NCBI GenBank assembly: GCA_024637135.1
Contig: JAGXFT010000018.1
Location: forward strand, 1,208 to 65,207
Length of the DNA: 64,000 nt
Direction: 5' to 3'
Source of the DNA: Nitriliruptorales bacterium
Lineage (GTDB): Bacteria > Actinomycetota > Nitriliruptoria > Nitriliruptorales > Nitriliruptoraceae
Position numbers and translations under genes: made by a program
Shown: piece after piece, positions 37,623 to 46,954 of the stretch
Position numbering within the stretch: the stretch's first letter is position 1
Layout of the letters: the number at the start of each line of letters is the position of its first letter
Notes under the pieces: model-generated
What the model saw: only the letters and a program-made list of their open reading frames with translations
Database searches by the model: none
What the model was told of the DNA's origin: nothing

Positions 37623-40061
37623 TCAGGCGCCGGGCTGCTGGTCCCGACCGCCCGTGTTCCCGTCACCCTCCGGCAGGCTCGTCGAAGGATCGGTCGAGGA
37701 ACCCTTGTCCGGGGAGGTGGTGGGTTCCTCGTCGGGTGTCGACGTCAGTTCGTCAGGGGTGGCGTCCGCGGACGTGTCCGGATCGGTGGCCGCCTCCGCC
37801 CCCGCGGCCGGCGTGGGGTCGCTCACCACGTCCTCCGCCGGCCCGTCCGGCGGGGCTTTGTCCTCGTGGCCCTTGAGGAGTTCCTCGGCGGGCTGGCGCT
37901 CGACCTCCCGGGCATCCTCGCGTTCCGCTTCCTCGGTGGCCTCGGCGGCCGCTTCGGACGACCCGGTCACGGCCGCATCCTCGACGACGTCGGCCTCGCC
38001 TGCGTCGGCGACCTGCTCGACGGTGGCTGACCGCTCGGCCGGCGCCTCGGGCGCAGCCGGGGCCGTCGGTTCGCCCGGTTCCTCGCTCGCCGGCGAGGTC
38101 GTGTCGGTGTCCGGCGTCGCCGGGGCGGAGGCCGGGGCGGCGGAGGTGGGCGTGGCCTCGTCGGAGCTGTCGGTCGGCGGCGGTGACCCGGCCGCGACCG
38201 CTGGCGCGTCCGACGGCGCGCGTTCCGTCGCGTCCGTGCCGTCCTGCACCTCACCGCGGGAGGCGGGGGCATCACCGGGTGGCGTGCTCGACTGGGCGGT
38301 ACGGGAGGCGACGGTGGCCTCGGCGGCCTGTTCCTCGGCCTCGGAGGTGGCGTCGGGCAGTCGGCGCTGGGTCTCGCCGGACGCCCATGCCAGGGCCTTG
38401 TCGTGACGCTCGTCGGGGGTGATGCCGGCAGCGACCATGGCCGCGTGCACGGCGACGGCGGGGTCGTGCTGGCCCTTGCGCGCGAAGGCCCACAACAGTT
38501 CGCGATAGGTCGGCTCGTCGACGGTGACCTCGGCCTCGGCCAACTGCGACAGCAGCAGCCGGGCCCGGTCCAGGTTGCCGGCGCGGGTCAGGGCACCGAC
38601 CAGGCGCGATCCGTCCGACACCGTCGGCGTGATCCGGGCCGAGATCATCTCGGTGACCAGTTTCGAGACGGTCTCGAACTCCTTGCGGTTGGCGTGGGCG
38701 GTGAGCAGCGAGCCCCAGTGCTGGCCCTGCGTGAGGGTGTTGGACACCCGCAGTTGGCGCAGCAACCGGACCGCGTCGTCCAACCGCCCGGCCGCGACCA
38801 GGGCCTCGACCAGGTCGGCGCCCCGCCGGCGGTCGGCGGTCAGGCCGGCCGCGATGGTCTCGCGGTACAGCGACAGGGCGAGGTCGAGTTCCTTGCGCCG
38901 CAGCAGCACCGCCAACAGGGCGGCCACCTTCGACGGCGGCGGGGGCACCCCCAGCATCAGCATCCAGTCCAGGGCCGCGATCGCCATCATGGGCTTCTTG
39001 CGGTCCAGCGCCAGGCCCATCATGGACTCGAGGTTGGCACCCGTCGGGATCGAGTCGTCGGAGAGCACGATCGCCTCGCGCCACACCCGCTGCAGGTCGC
39101 CGCTGTCGAGGACCGCTGCCAGCACCTGGTTGCGGTGGTGGCTGGTGACGGTGCCGCCGGCCTCGGTCAGGCACGTCATGCCGGCCCGCGCCGCGTCCAG
39201 GTCGCCCTTGCGGGCGTGGCCGTCGATCAGCGCCGACCGCGCCGAGTGGTCGACGGCGATGCCGGCCTCCACCAGCGTGGCCAGCAACTGGTCGCCACGG
39301 TCGGGGTGGCCCGCGCCGGCCATCATCTCCACCAGCCGGGTGGCGGTGACCGGGGACGGACCGGCGTCGACCGCGATCAGGTGGGCCACGAACGACTCCG
39401 CGTCGCGGATGGCCTTGCGGTCCATGACGTCGTCGAGCAACGGCCGGTAGTCGGCCTCGCCCGCCCGCACCCCGGCGCGTGACATCTTGTGGAGCAGGCC
39501 CCGTGCCTCGCCGAACTGGCGGGCCCGGACCCGCACGCCCAACACCCGCGGCAGCAGCCGGTCGGGGATCGGGGTCGAGCGGGCCAGGTCGTCGAGCCGG
39601 TCCAGGGAACCTTCGGCGGCATTGCGAGCACCGGCCAGGGCGATCTGCCACGTGACGCCGGCATCTCCCTCGATGCCCCTCGACGTCATCTCGTCGAGCA
39701 GGGTGCTCGCCCCGTCGAGGTCGTTGGCCGCCAGGTGAGCCTCGAGGTAGAGGCGGTAGTGGCGTGGCCCTCGGTCGACGTCGCGCTGCCCCATGGACTG
39801 CCACACCTGGCGGGCCATGCGCAGGTCACCGCTGAATCGTTGCAGGGCGTGGCTGTACCGATCCTCCGGCTCCGGTTCGGGCTCCGGCGTCGGCTCGGGC
39901 TCCGGCGTCGGTGGTTGTGGATCGGGGTCGGGCGACGACGCGGCCGGCTCGGCGGTCGACGACGGCTCGTCGGTCCGCGGGCCCGTGGGGGGCTCCGCCG
40001 GGTCCGGCGGGGGGGACCCGGGATCGGACGGGATCAACGGGGACGTGGGGGAATCGGACAT
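37623..40061 (-). CDS. Pentatricopeptide-repeat (PPR)-like protein: about 14 x 35-aa repeats with disordered Pro/acidic termini
   Basis: Tandem 35-aa units, e.g. YRLYLEAHLAANDLDGASTLLDEMTSRGIEGDAGV and YRELLWAFARKGQHDPAVAVHAAMVAAGITPDERH; repeat block about 38403-39860. Confidence 0.8.
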   Translation of the reverse strand: MSDSPTSPLIPSDPGSPPPDPAEPPTGPRTDEPSSTAEPAASSPDPDPQPPTPEPEPTPEPEPEPEDRYSHALQRFSGDLRMARQVWQSMGQRDVDRGPRHYRLYLEAHLAANDLDGASTLLDEMTSRGIEGDAGVTWQIALAGARNAAEGSLDRLDDLARSTPIPDRLLPRVLGVRVRARQFGEARGLLHKMSRAGVRAGEADYRPLLDDVMDRKAIRDAESFVAHLIAVDAGPSPVTATRLVEMMAGAGHPDRGDQLLATLVEAGIAVDHSARSALIDGHARKGDLDAARAGMTCLTEAGGTVTSHHRNQVLAAVLDSGDLQRVWREAIVLSDDSIPTGANLESMMGLALDRKKPMMAIAALDWMLMLGVPPPPSKVAALLAVLLRRKELDLALSLYRETIAAGLTADRRRGADLVEALVAAGRLDDAVRLLRQLRVSNTLTQGQHWGSLLTAHANRKEFETVSKLVTEMISARITPTVSDGSRLVGALTRAGNLDRARLLLSQLAEAEVTVDEPTYRELLWAFARKGQHDPAVAVHAAMVAAGITPDERHDKALAWASGETQRRLPDATSEAEEQAAEATVASRTAQSSTPPGDAPASRGEVQDGTDATERAPSDAPAVAAGSPPPTDSSDEATPTSAAPASAPATPDTDTTSPASEEPGEPTAPAAPEAPAERSATVEQVADAGEADVVEDAAVTGSSEAAAEATEEAEREDAREVERQPAEELLKGHEDKAPPDGPAEDVVSDPTPAAGAEAATDPDTSADATPDELTSTPDEEPTTSPDKGSSTDPSTSLPEGDGNTGGRDQQPGA

Positions 40062-40217
40062 CGTGTGGAACCTCGGATGGGCGCGCAGGAAACCGCCTGC
40101 ACACGGAGCGACCGGCCGTCGGTCGACAGCCACACACGGTAGTGGCGTGCCGTGTGGGACGACACCGGCCCGCCGCCGGACCGACTCCGTGGCGTCGACA
40201 CGGCCAGGAACCGGGAT

Positions 40218-41000
40218 TCAGGCCATGAGGAGGTGTTCCAGACCGACGGTCACCGGGTCGTCGAGGTCGGCCACCGCGCGGACCGCCAGGACCACACCCG
40301 CCATGAACGACGACCGGTCCAGCGAGTCGTGGCGGATGGTCAGGACCTCGCCCGTCCCGCCGGCGATCACCTCCTGGTGGGCCACCAGTCCGGGCAGGCG
40401 GACGCTGTGGACAACCACGCCGCGATGGACGTGGCCGCGGGCCCCGGGATGGGCGTCGTCGCCACCCACCGGGTCGACCGGTGTCTCGCGGGCGTCGGCC
40501 ACCAGGTCCGCGGTGCGCAGGGCCGTGCCGGACGGCGCGTCCACCTTGCCGTCGTGGTGGAGTTCGATGACCTCGACGTGGGGCAGGTGGCGGGCGGCTT
40601 CGGCCGCGAACTGCATCATCAGGACCGCACCGATCGCGAAGTTCGGGGCCACGAACACGTGGACCCCCGCGCCATCGGCCGCATCCGCCACCACGGCCAG
40701 GGCGTCGTCGTCCATCCCGGTCGCACCGACCACGACGTGCATGCCCGCTGCCACGAGCGCCTCGACGTTGGCGCGCACCGTGGACGGGGTCGAGAACTCC
40801 ACGGCGACGTCGACGTCGTCGGGCAGGTCGGCGATGGCGGCCACGATGGTGGGCCCGTCGTCGACGCCGGCCGGTGTGGCACCGTCGGCGGTGGGGTCGA
40901 CGGCACCCACCAGGTCCATCCCGTCGGCCCCGGCCACGGTCCGGCACACCTCCGCGCCCATGCGCCCACCGGCACCCACCACGGCCACCCGGATCCCCAC
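40218..41000 (-). CDS. dapB: 4-hydroxy-tetrahydrodipicolinate reductase
   Basis: GAGGRMG, APNFAIG, ELHHDGKVDAPSGTA, HSVRLPGLVAHQEV. Confidence 0.96.
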   Translation of the reverse strand: MGIRVAVVGAGGRMGAEVCRTVAGADGMDLVGAVDPTADGATPAGVDDGPTIVAAIADLPDDVDVAVEFSTPSTVRANVEALVAAGMHVVVGATGMDDDALAVVADAADGAGVHVFVAPNFAIGAVLMMQFAAEAARHLPHVEVIELHHDGKVDAPSGTALRTADLVADARETPVDPVGGDDAHPGARGHVHRGVVVHSVRLPGLVAHQEVIAGGTGEVLTIRHDSLDRSSFMAGVVLAVRAVADLDDPVTVGLEHLLMA

Positions 41001-41097
41001 GACTGCTCCTCGACCTCGACCTGCTCGGCCCCCGACCCTATCCCCCACCAGCACGATCCTGGCTCGCGACGGAACCGGGTGACCCCCCGGACACGAA

Positions 41098-41126
41098 CGT
41101 GCCCGGGCAACGGGTGCCCGGGCACG
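41098..41126 (-). terminator. Probable intrinsic terminator after pnp
   Basis: 12-bp stem CGTGCCCGGGCA/TGCCCGGGCACG followed by TTCGTGT on the minus strand. Confidence 0.6.
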
Positions 41127-41178
41127 GTCAGCGTGGTGCAGGTGTCAGCGTGGAGGTTGCCGCCGCAGCGGCACCGAT

Positions 41179-43638
41179 TCAGTCGCGCGAACGGCTGCGG
41201 GTGCGCGAACGGCTGCGGCTGCGGGAGCGGCCACCACCGTCGTTGCTGCCCGCGTCGTCGCCACCCTCGCGGCGGCGCGAACGGTTGCGGCCACCGCGCG
41301 AACGGTCACCCGACCCGTTGTCGGACGAGTCGTCGCGCGACTGCGGGGCCTCGTCGGCCTCCTCGGTCGCGTCGTCGACCTCGTCGTCGTCGGCGTCGTC
41401 GGCGTCGTCGCGGGTGTCCGCGGCGTTGCCGCCCAGGTCGTTCGGGGCGTCGGACAGCAGTTCGAGCTTGAACTTGCGGCCACCATCGAGGACCTCGAGG
41501 ATCTCGACCAGCAGCTTGTCGCCGACGTTCACGGCTTCCTCGCCGTGGTCCATGCGCGACCCGTCACCGAGCTTGCGCAGCTGGGAGATGTGGACGAGGC
41601 CGTCGGTGCCCGGGGTCAGCGACACGAACGCGCCGAAGTCCACGGTCTTGACGACGGTCGCGTTGAAGCGCTCGCCCTTCTCGGGCACCACCGGGTTGGC
41701 GATCGCGTTGACACGCGCGACGGCGGCCTCGGCGATCTCCTTGGTGGAGCCGTAGATGCGGGCGACGCCCACACCGTTCTCCTCCTCGATGTCGATCTGC
41801 GCACCGGTCTCCTCGGTGATCTCGCGAATGATCTTGCCACCGGGGCCGATCACGTCGCCGATCTTGTCCTTGGGGACGGTGATGATCTCGACCCGCGGAG
41901 CGGTCGGGGCGACCTCGTCGCGCGGCTCGGCGATGGCCTCGGCCATGACGTCGAGGATCTCCAGCCGGGCCTCACGCGCCTGCAACAGGGCGTCGGCGAG
42001 CACGTTGGCCGGCAGGCCGTCGAGCTTGGTGTCCAGCTGCAGGGCGGTGACGAAGTCACGCGTCCCGGCCACCTTGAAGTCCATGTCGCCGAAGAAGTCC
42101 TCGACGCCCTGGATGTCGGTCAGGGTGGTGTAGGTGTCGTTCTCGTAGATCAGGCCCATCGCGATGCCGGCGACGGCACCGTGGATCGGCACACCGCCGT
42201 CCATCAGCGCCAGGGTCGAACCACAGACCGACGCCATCGACGTCGAGCCGTTGGACGACAGCACGTCGGACACGACGCGCATCGCGTACGGCCAGGTGTC
42301 CAGGGCCGGCAGGACCGGCTTGATGGCGCGCTCGGCCAGTGCCCCGTGGCCGATCTCGCGGCGCTTGGGGGACCCGACACGACCGGCTTCACCGGTCGAG
42401 TAGGGCGGCATGTTGTAGTGGTGCATGTAGTACTTCTCGGTGACCGGGTCGAGCGTGTCCAACCGCTGGTTGTCGCGGGTGGTGCCCAACGCCAGGACGC
42501 TCAGCGCCTGGGTGTCGCCGCGCTGGAACAGCCCAGCGCCGTGGGTGGCCGGCAGCACGCCGACCTCGGCCCGCAGCGCACGGATGTCGGTCGGCGAGCG
42601 ACCGTCGATGCGGACGCCGGTGTCGACGACCTTGCGACGAACGACCTTCTTCTCGACCGTGCGGAAGGCTTCGCGGCCCTCCTTGGCGGCGCCGTCGCCG
42701 GCGTCGTCCCCGAGGTCGGCGACGTAGGCGTCGACGACCTCGTCACGGATGACGGACAGGGCCTCGTCCTTGGCTTCCTTGCTGGAGGCCTCATCGGCGT
42801 AGACCTCGGTGACACGGTCCATCGCCAGCGCCGACACGGCCTCGTAGGCCTCGTCGGAGTGGTTCGGGAACAGCGGCAGCTCGCGCAGTTCGCGGCGACC
42901 GACCTGGTCGACGAAGGCCTGCTGGGCCTCGCACAGCTGCTTGAGGATCGGCTTGACGTCCTCGATGGCCTGGCCGATGAGTTCCTCGGTCGGCTTCGGG
43001 GCGCCCATGTCGATCTTGGTGACGGCGTCCTCGGTGGCCTCGGCCTCGATCATCAGGATGGCGACCTCGCCATCGATGACGCGACCGGCGATGACCATCT
43101 GGAAGACGACGTCCTCCTCGAGTTCCTGGAAGGTCGGGAAGGCGACCCAGGAGCCGTCACGCAGCAGCGCGTAGCGCACGGAACCGACCGGGCCGTCGAA
43201 CGGCAGGCCGGACAGCATCGTGGCCAACGACGAGGCGTTCATGGCGACGACGTCGTAGGGGTCGACCTGGGTGGTCTGGATGATCGTGTTGACGACCTGG
43301 ACCTCGTTGCGCAGGCCTTCGACGAAGGTGGGGCGCAGCGGGCGGTCGGTCAGGCGGCAGACCAGGATGGCGTTCTCGCTGGGGCGACCCTCGCGCTTGA
43401 AGAACGAGCCGGGGATCTTGCCGTTGGCGTACATGCGCTCCTCCACCTCGATGGTGAGGGGGAAGAAGGGCAGGAAGTCCTTGACCTGGCTGGATGCCGT
43501 CGTGGTCGTCAGGACCTTGGTGTCGCCGATGCCGGCGACGACCGAACCACCGGCCTGCTGGGCCAGCAGGCCCGCTTCGAAGGTGAGTTCCTTGCCGTCG
43601 ATCTCGACGACGTGTTCATGGATTCCGAGTGCACCCAC
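41179..43638 (-). CDS. pnp: Polyribonucleotide nucleotidyltransferase (PNPase) with acidic/RS-rich C-terminal tail
   Basis: FFPLT, RLTDRPLRP, RREIGHG, SNGSTSMASVC, GDMDFKVAG, KH and S1 domains. Confidence 0.98.
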   Translation of the reverse strand: MGALGIHEHVVEIDGKELTFEAGLLAQQAGGSVVAGIGDTKVLTTTTASSQVKDFLPFFPLTIEVEERMYANGKIPGSFFKREGRPSENAILVCRLTDRPLRPTFVEGLRNEVQVVNTIIQTTQVDPYDVVAMNASSLATMLSGLPFDGPVGSVRYALLRDGSWVAFPTFQELEEDVVFQMVIAGRVIDGEVAILMIEAEATEDAVTKIDMGAPKPTEELIGQAIEDVKPILKQLCEAQQAFVDQVGRRELRELPLFPNHSDEAYEAVSALAMDRVTEVYADEASSKEAKDEALSVIRDEVVDAYVADLGDDAGDGAAKEGREAFRTVEKKVVRRKVVDTGVRIDGRSPTDIRALRAEVGVLPATHGAGLFQRGDTQALSVLALGTTRDNQRLDTLDPVTEKYYMHHYNMPPYSTGEAGRVGSPKRREIGHGALAERAIKPVLPALDTWPYAMRVVSDVLSSNGSTSMASVCGSTLALMDGGVPIHGAVAGIAMGLIYENDTYTTLTDIQGVEDFFGDMDFKVAGTRDFVTALQLDTKLDGLPANVLADALLQAREARLEILDVMAEAIAEPRDEVAPTAPRVEIITVPKDKIGDVIGPGGKIIREITEETGAQIDIEEENGVGVARIYGSTKEIAEAAVARVNAIANPVVPEKGERFNATVVKTVDFGAFVSLTPGTDGLVHISQLRKLGDGSRMDHGEEAVNVGDKLLVEILEVLDGGRKFKLELLSDAPNDLGGNAADTRDDADDADDDEVDDATEEADEAPQSRDDSSDNGSGDRSRGGRNRSRRREGGDDAGSNDGGGRSRSRSRSRTRSRSRD

Positions 43639-43741
43639 AGGTGCCTCCTTGGTGTCAGCACACCGACGAGGTGGCGACTCCGTTCGCGGGCGGGCGACCG
43701 GTCTGGTCGTGTCCGCCGGGTCCACGCGGGTGACCGGGCCA

Positions 43742-43825
43742 TCAGTGGTGGGGACTCGCTGCGACGATCACGTCCGAACCGTGTGGAGGCCGGTCGTGTC
43801 GAACTTGTCGAGCCCCCGCCACTGA
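43742..43825 (-). promoter_or_regulatory. Long stem-loop in the rpsO-pnp intergenic leader (candidate RNase III processing site)
   Basis: TCAGTGGTGGGG / CCCCGCCACTGA inverted repeat; RNase III-cleaved pnp leader hairpins are established in E. coli and Streptomyces. Confidence 0.5.
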
Positions 43826-44035
43826 CGTCCGATCGTGACGCGGGTCGAGTGGGGGGTCGTATTCCTCGTGGTGCATGTGGTGCGACCCGCCGGTTCCTCC
43901 GGCCCGGGTCGCGGGGTTGTCAGGTGGTGCGCCGGTCGGCGTCGATGCCCGTGGTGGGCCCGGCCGACCGGGATGGTGCGAGTCGGGGCGGCCACGCGCC
44001 TGATCGTTGGCTGGGGCGTGGTCCGGCCCGGGGGT

Positions 44036-44308
44036 TCAGCGGCGCAGTTCCAGCTCCGCGATGAGCGCGCGATAGCGCTCGATGTCCTTGTTGGACAGGT
44101 AGTTCAGCAAACGCCGACGCTTGCCCACCAGCTTCAGCAGCCCACGGCGCGAGTGGTGATCGCCCTTGTGCTCCTGGAGGTGGCCGGTGAGGTGGCTGAT
44201 CCGCTGGGTTGCCAGCGCGACCTGCACCTCCGGCGAGCCGGTGTCACCCTCGTGGGTGGCGAACCGCTCGATGATTGCCTGCTTGTCGTCGGGAAGTTGG
44301 ACTGCCAA
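44036..44308 (-). CDS. rpsO: 30S ribosomal protein S15
   Basis: [36 protein letters not shown]; TTG start after AAGGAG. Confidence 0.97.
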   Translation of the reverse strand: MAVQLPDDKQAIIERFATHEGDTGSPEVQVALATQRISHLTGHLQEHKGDHHSRRGLLKLVGKRRRLLNYLSNKDIERYRALIAELELRR

Positions 44309-44648
44309 CGTTCGTCTCCTTGGTCGTCCTGCCACGTCGGGCACCACACGACCCCATCGATGGGGCTGGTGGTTCGGGGGTCGGTCCGCGTCCTGCGGCC
44401 GCTGGCACACGACCATCCGGCGAGACTGCCTGGTGGTGGTGCAGCGTGACCCCGACGCCCGAGCGGGCACGGCGAAATGATGGCCTGTCTCTCAGGCCAC
44501 CCCGAGTATCACCCATCCCCCACCACAACGCAAACCCACCGGTGTGGACCTTCGTCGCGATCGCGCCGAAGCGGGCGCTGCGCACGCGACCACATCGACG
44601 CGCCTCCGAGACCTGCGGCGTACCGTTGGCCGTCCGACGACGAGGCCC

Positions 44649-44915
44649 ATGCCGATGCCCCACGACGACCTGCGGATGCGTGACGAGGTGGCGGTGGACC
44701 ATCCCGGCGACCGGCTGGACGCCGAACTGCGACGCGGCGCGTTGCAGGCCGCGGGCATCTCGGCCCGGTTGGCCACCGACGACGCGGGCGGGATGCATCC
44801 CCACCTGGGACCGGCGGCAGGTGGCCTGCAGTTGCTGGTGCCGACCAACCAGGCCGACGAGGCCCGCGAGGTCCTCGCCGGACTGGACGACGGCACCTGG
44901 TCGATCGAGGACTGA
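44649..44915 (+). CDS. DUF2007-like small protein
   Basis: DAELRRGALQAAGI..DDAGG..LLVP..EAREVL. Confidence 0.65.
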   Translation: MPMPHDDLRMRDEVAVDHPGDRLDAELRRGALQAAGISARLATDDAGGMHPHLGPAAGGLQLLVPTNQADEAREVLAGLDDGTWSIED

Positions 44916-45073
44916 CGTGCCCCGCGTCCAGTCCTCCGCGATCGCGCCCGTCCCTCCTGATGTGGACGTCGACGTGTCGCAGACCCACGAGTCGATCCGG
45001 AGACCGTGGGACCCCTTCATCCATCGCCGGCGCTTCCTCGACGGTGCGCACGCCCCCGACGTGGGCGTGCGCA

Positions 45074-45115
45074 CGGAGACGATCTCGCGTCAACCGGAGA
45101 CGATCTCGCGTCAAC
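45074..45115. repeat. 21-bp perfect tandem duplication
   Basis: CGGAGACGATCTCGCGTCAAC x2, intergenic. Confidence 0.9.
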
Positions 45116-45203
45116 GTCGACGTTTCACGAGCGCCGTCCGGGACAGCCGTCGCACGCTCGACTCACAGGAACGAGCATGTCGGGTGCCCCGCCACGGCGG
45201 CCC

Positions 45204-46022
45204 TCAGGTGCGTGGCTGGGGGGCGAGGAGGAGTTGGCGCGACATCGCGACCGGGGTGCCGTCCGCGGTCTCGATGCGGCCGTCCTCCTCGACCAGTCCG
45301 TTGGTGGCCCACAGCGACTGGAAGTGACAGGCCAGCGGGCCGTCGAGCGGACCGGGGTGGCGCACGTGCAGGGTCAGTTCGACCGTCGGCGCCCACGACA
45401 TCGGCAGGCCGGCGTTGAAGACCGCGGGCGGGAAGGCGTCGCACAGGACGGCCAGCCCGAGCGCGTCCATCGGCCGTCCGTCCTCGAACGATCCCCACCC
45501 GCGCACCAGTCCGGTGCCCGTCGAGGCACCGGTTGCGAAGCCCAGGTCGTCGCGGGCCAGTCGTTGCGCCATCCGCAGGCCGATGCGGGGCATGACGAAG
45601 CCGTGCTCGGCGAGGTCGTCGGCCCCGGCGCACGCCTCGGGCGGCGGCAGTCCCAGCGGGGCACGGAGGTTGGCGCTGGGGCCGGGTTCGCCCAGGTCGG
45701 CGAAGGCGGCCACGACCTGCAGCGCGATCCGTTCGTCCTGGCGCATGGTCGCGGTCACGGTCGACAACCGCCGTCCGGTCTTGACCACCTCGACGTCGAT
45801 CGTCGCCGGGCCGAGCCGACCGGGACGCAGGAAGTGGCACGTCGCGGTCGTGACGTGGGGATGCGCGGCCTGCCGGCCCATCGCCCGCAGCACGATCGCC
45901 AACAGGTAGCCGCCGTTGGGATGGCCGTCGTCGGCCACGCCCCAGCCGTCGGCCACGACGCCCCGGAAGCGGCCCGCCTCCACCTGCTCCACCGCCGTGT
46001 CACGGTCGAAGCGAGCGGTCAC
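45204..46022 (-). CDS. Acyl-CoA thioesterase (double hotdog) family
   Basis: PNGGYLLA, HFLRPG, DAFPP, WAPTVELT, EEDG, SRQL. Confidence 0.85.
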   Translation of the reverse strand: MTARFDRDTAVEQVEAGRFRGVVADGWGVADDGHPNGGYLLAIVLRAMGRQAAHPHVTTATCHFLRPGRLGPATIDVEVVKTGRRLSTVTATMRQDERIALQVVAAFADLGEPGPSANLRAPLGLPPPEACAGADDLAEHGFVMPRIGLRMAQRLARDDLGFATGASTGTGLVRGWGSFEDGRPMDALGLAVLCDAFPPAVFNAGLPMSWAPTVELTLHVRHPGPLDGPLACHFQSLWATNGLVEEDGRIETADGTPVAMSRQLLLAPQPRT

Positions 46023-46954
46023 GCCAGCACCTCTCGCCCGTGTTCGATGTCACGATGGATCTGCGCGACCAGGTCCTCCACGCCGTCGAAGCGCTGCTCG
46101 CCACGGAGGCGGGCAACCAGGTCCACCACCACCTCCGCGCCGTAGAGGTCGACGTCGACATCCAGCAGGTGGGACTCCACGGTGATGCCCTCACCGTCGA
46201 ACGTGGGCCGGGTCCCGACGTTGGTCACCGCGTCCCATGTCGTCCCGGGGCCGTCGGGCTCACGCCGGGCAACCCGCGTGGCGTAGACCCCGGTGGCCGG
46301 GACGGCGAGGCCCGCCACGACGTCGACGTTCGCGGTCGGGACCCCGATGGTGCGCCCACGACCGTCGCCGGGGACCACGCGGCCCACCAGTCGGTGCGGT
46401 CGGCCCAGCGCGGCGGTGGCCGCCTCGACGTCACCGGCCGCGATGGCCGCCCGGACCGCCGACGAGGACACGACCCCGTCGTCGCCCACGACCAGGGCCA
46501 CCGCGTCGACGTCGAAGCCCAGGTCCTCCCCCATGGCCGTGAGGAGGTCGACGTCACCAGCGGCCCGGTGGCCAAAGCGGAAGTCCTCCCCGACCACCAC
46601 CCGGTTCGCCTCCAGCGGGCCGGCCAGCACCCGGCCCACGAAGTCCTCGGGCGCCTCCTGCGAGGCCGCGCGGTCGAACGCCAGCACGTGCACGTGGTCG
46701 ACCTCGGTCGCCACCAGCGATGCGACCTTGTCCTCCAGCACCTGCAGGGCGGGAGGGTGCTGACCGGGCCGCACCACCTCGAGGGGGTTGCGGTCGAAGG
46801 TGACCACGACCGACCGCACATCCCGGTCCCGGGCCGCGTCGACCGTGCGCGACAACAGCATCCGGTGACCACGGTGCACCCCGTCGAAGACCCCGATGGT
46901 CACGACCGACGGGGCGTGGTCGACGTCGTCCAGTCGGTGACTGACCGTGGTCAC
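46019..46954 (-). CDS. ribF: Bifunctional riboflavin kinase/FAD synthetase
   Basis: GVFDGVHRGH, GEDFRFG, SSSAVR, GRTIGVPTAN, NVGTRPTF, ESHLLD. Confidence 0.96.
   Translation of the reverse strand: MTTVSHRLDDVDHAPSVVTIGVFDGVHRGHRMLLSRTVDAARDRDVRSVVVTFDRNPLEVVRPGQHPPALQVLEDKVASLVATEVDHVHVLAFDRAASQEAPEDFVGRVLAGPLEANRVVVGEDFRFGHRAAGDVDLLTAMGEDLGFDVDAVALVVGDDGVVSSSAVRAAIAAGDVEAATAALGRPHRLVGRVVPGDGRGRTIGVPTANVDVVAGLAVPATGVYATRVARREPDGPGTTWDAVTNVGTRPTFDGEGITVESHLLDVDVDLYGAEVVVDLVARLRGEQRFDGVEDLVAQIHRDIEHGREVLA

Noticed and set aside
38403-39860. Ordinary TPR protein
   Set aside because: The period is 35 aa with PPR-type M...G+.PD endings, not the 34-aa TPR consensus; still needs HMM confirmation.
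43797-43812. Second LexA box upstream of pnp (GTCGAACTTGTCGAG)
   Set aside because: Half-site spacing and sequence do not fit GAAC-N4-GTTC; it is part of the leader stem-loop.
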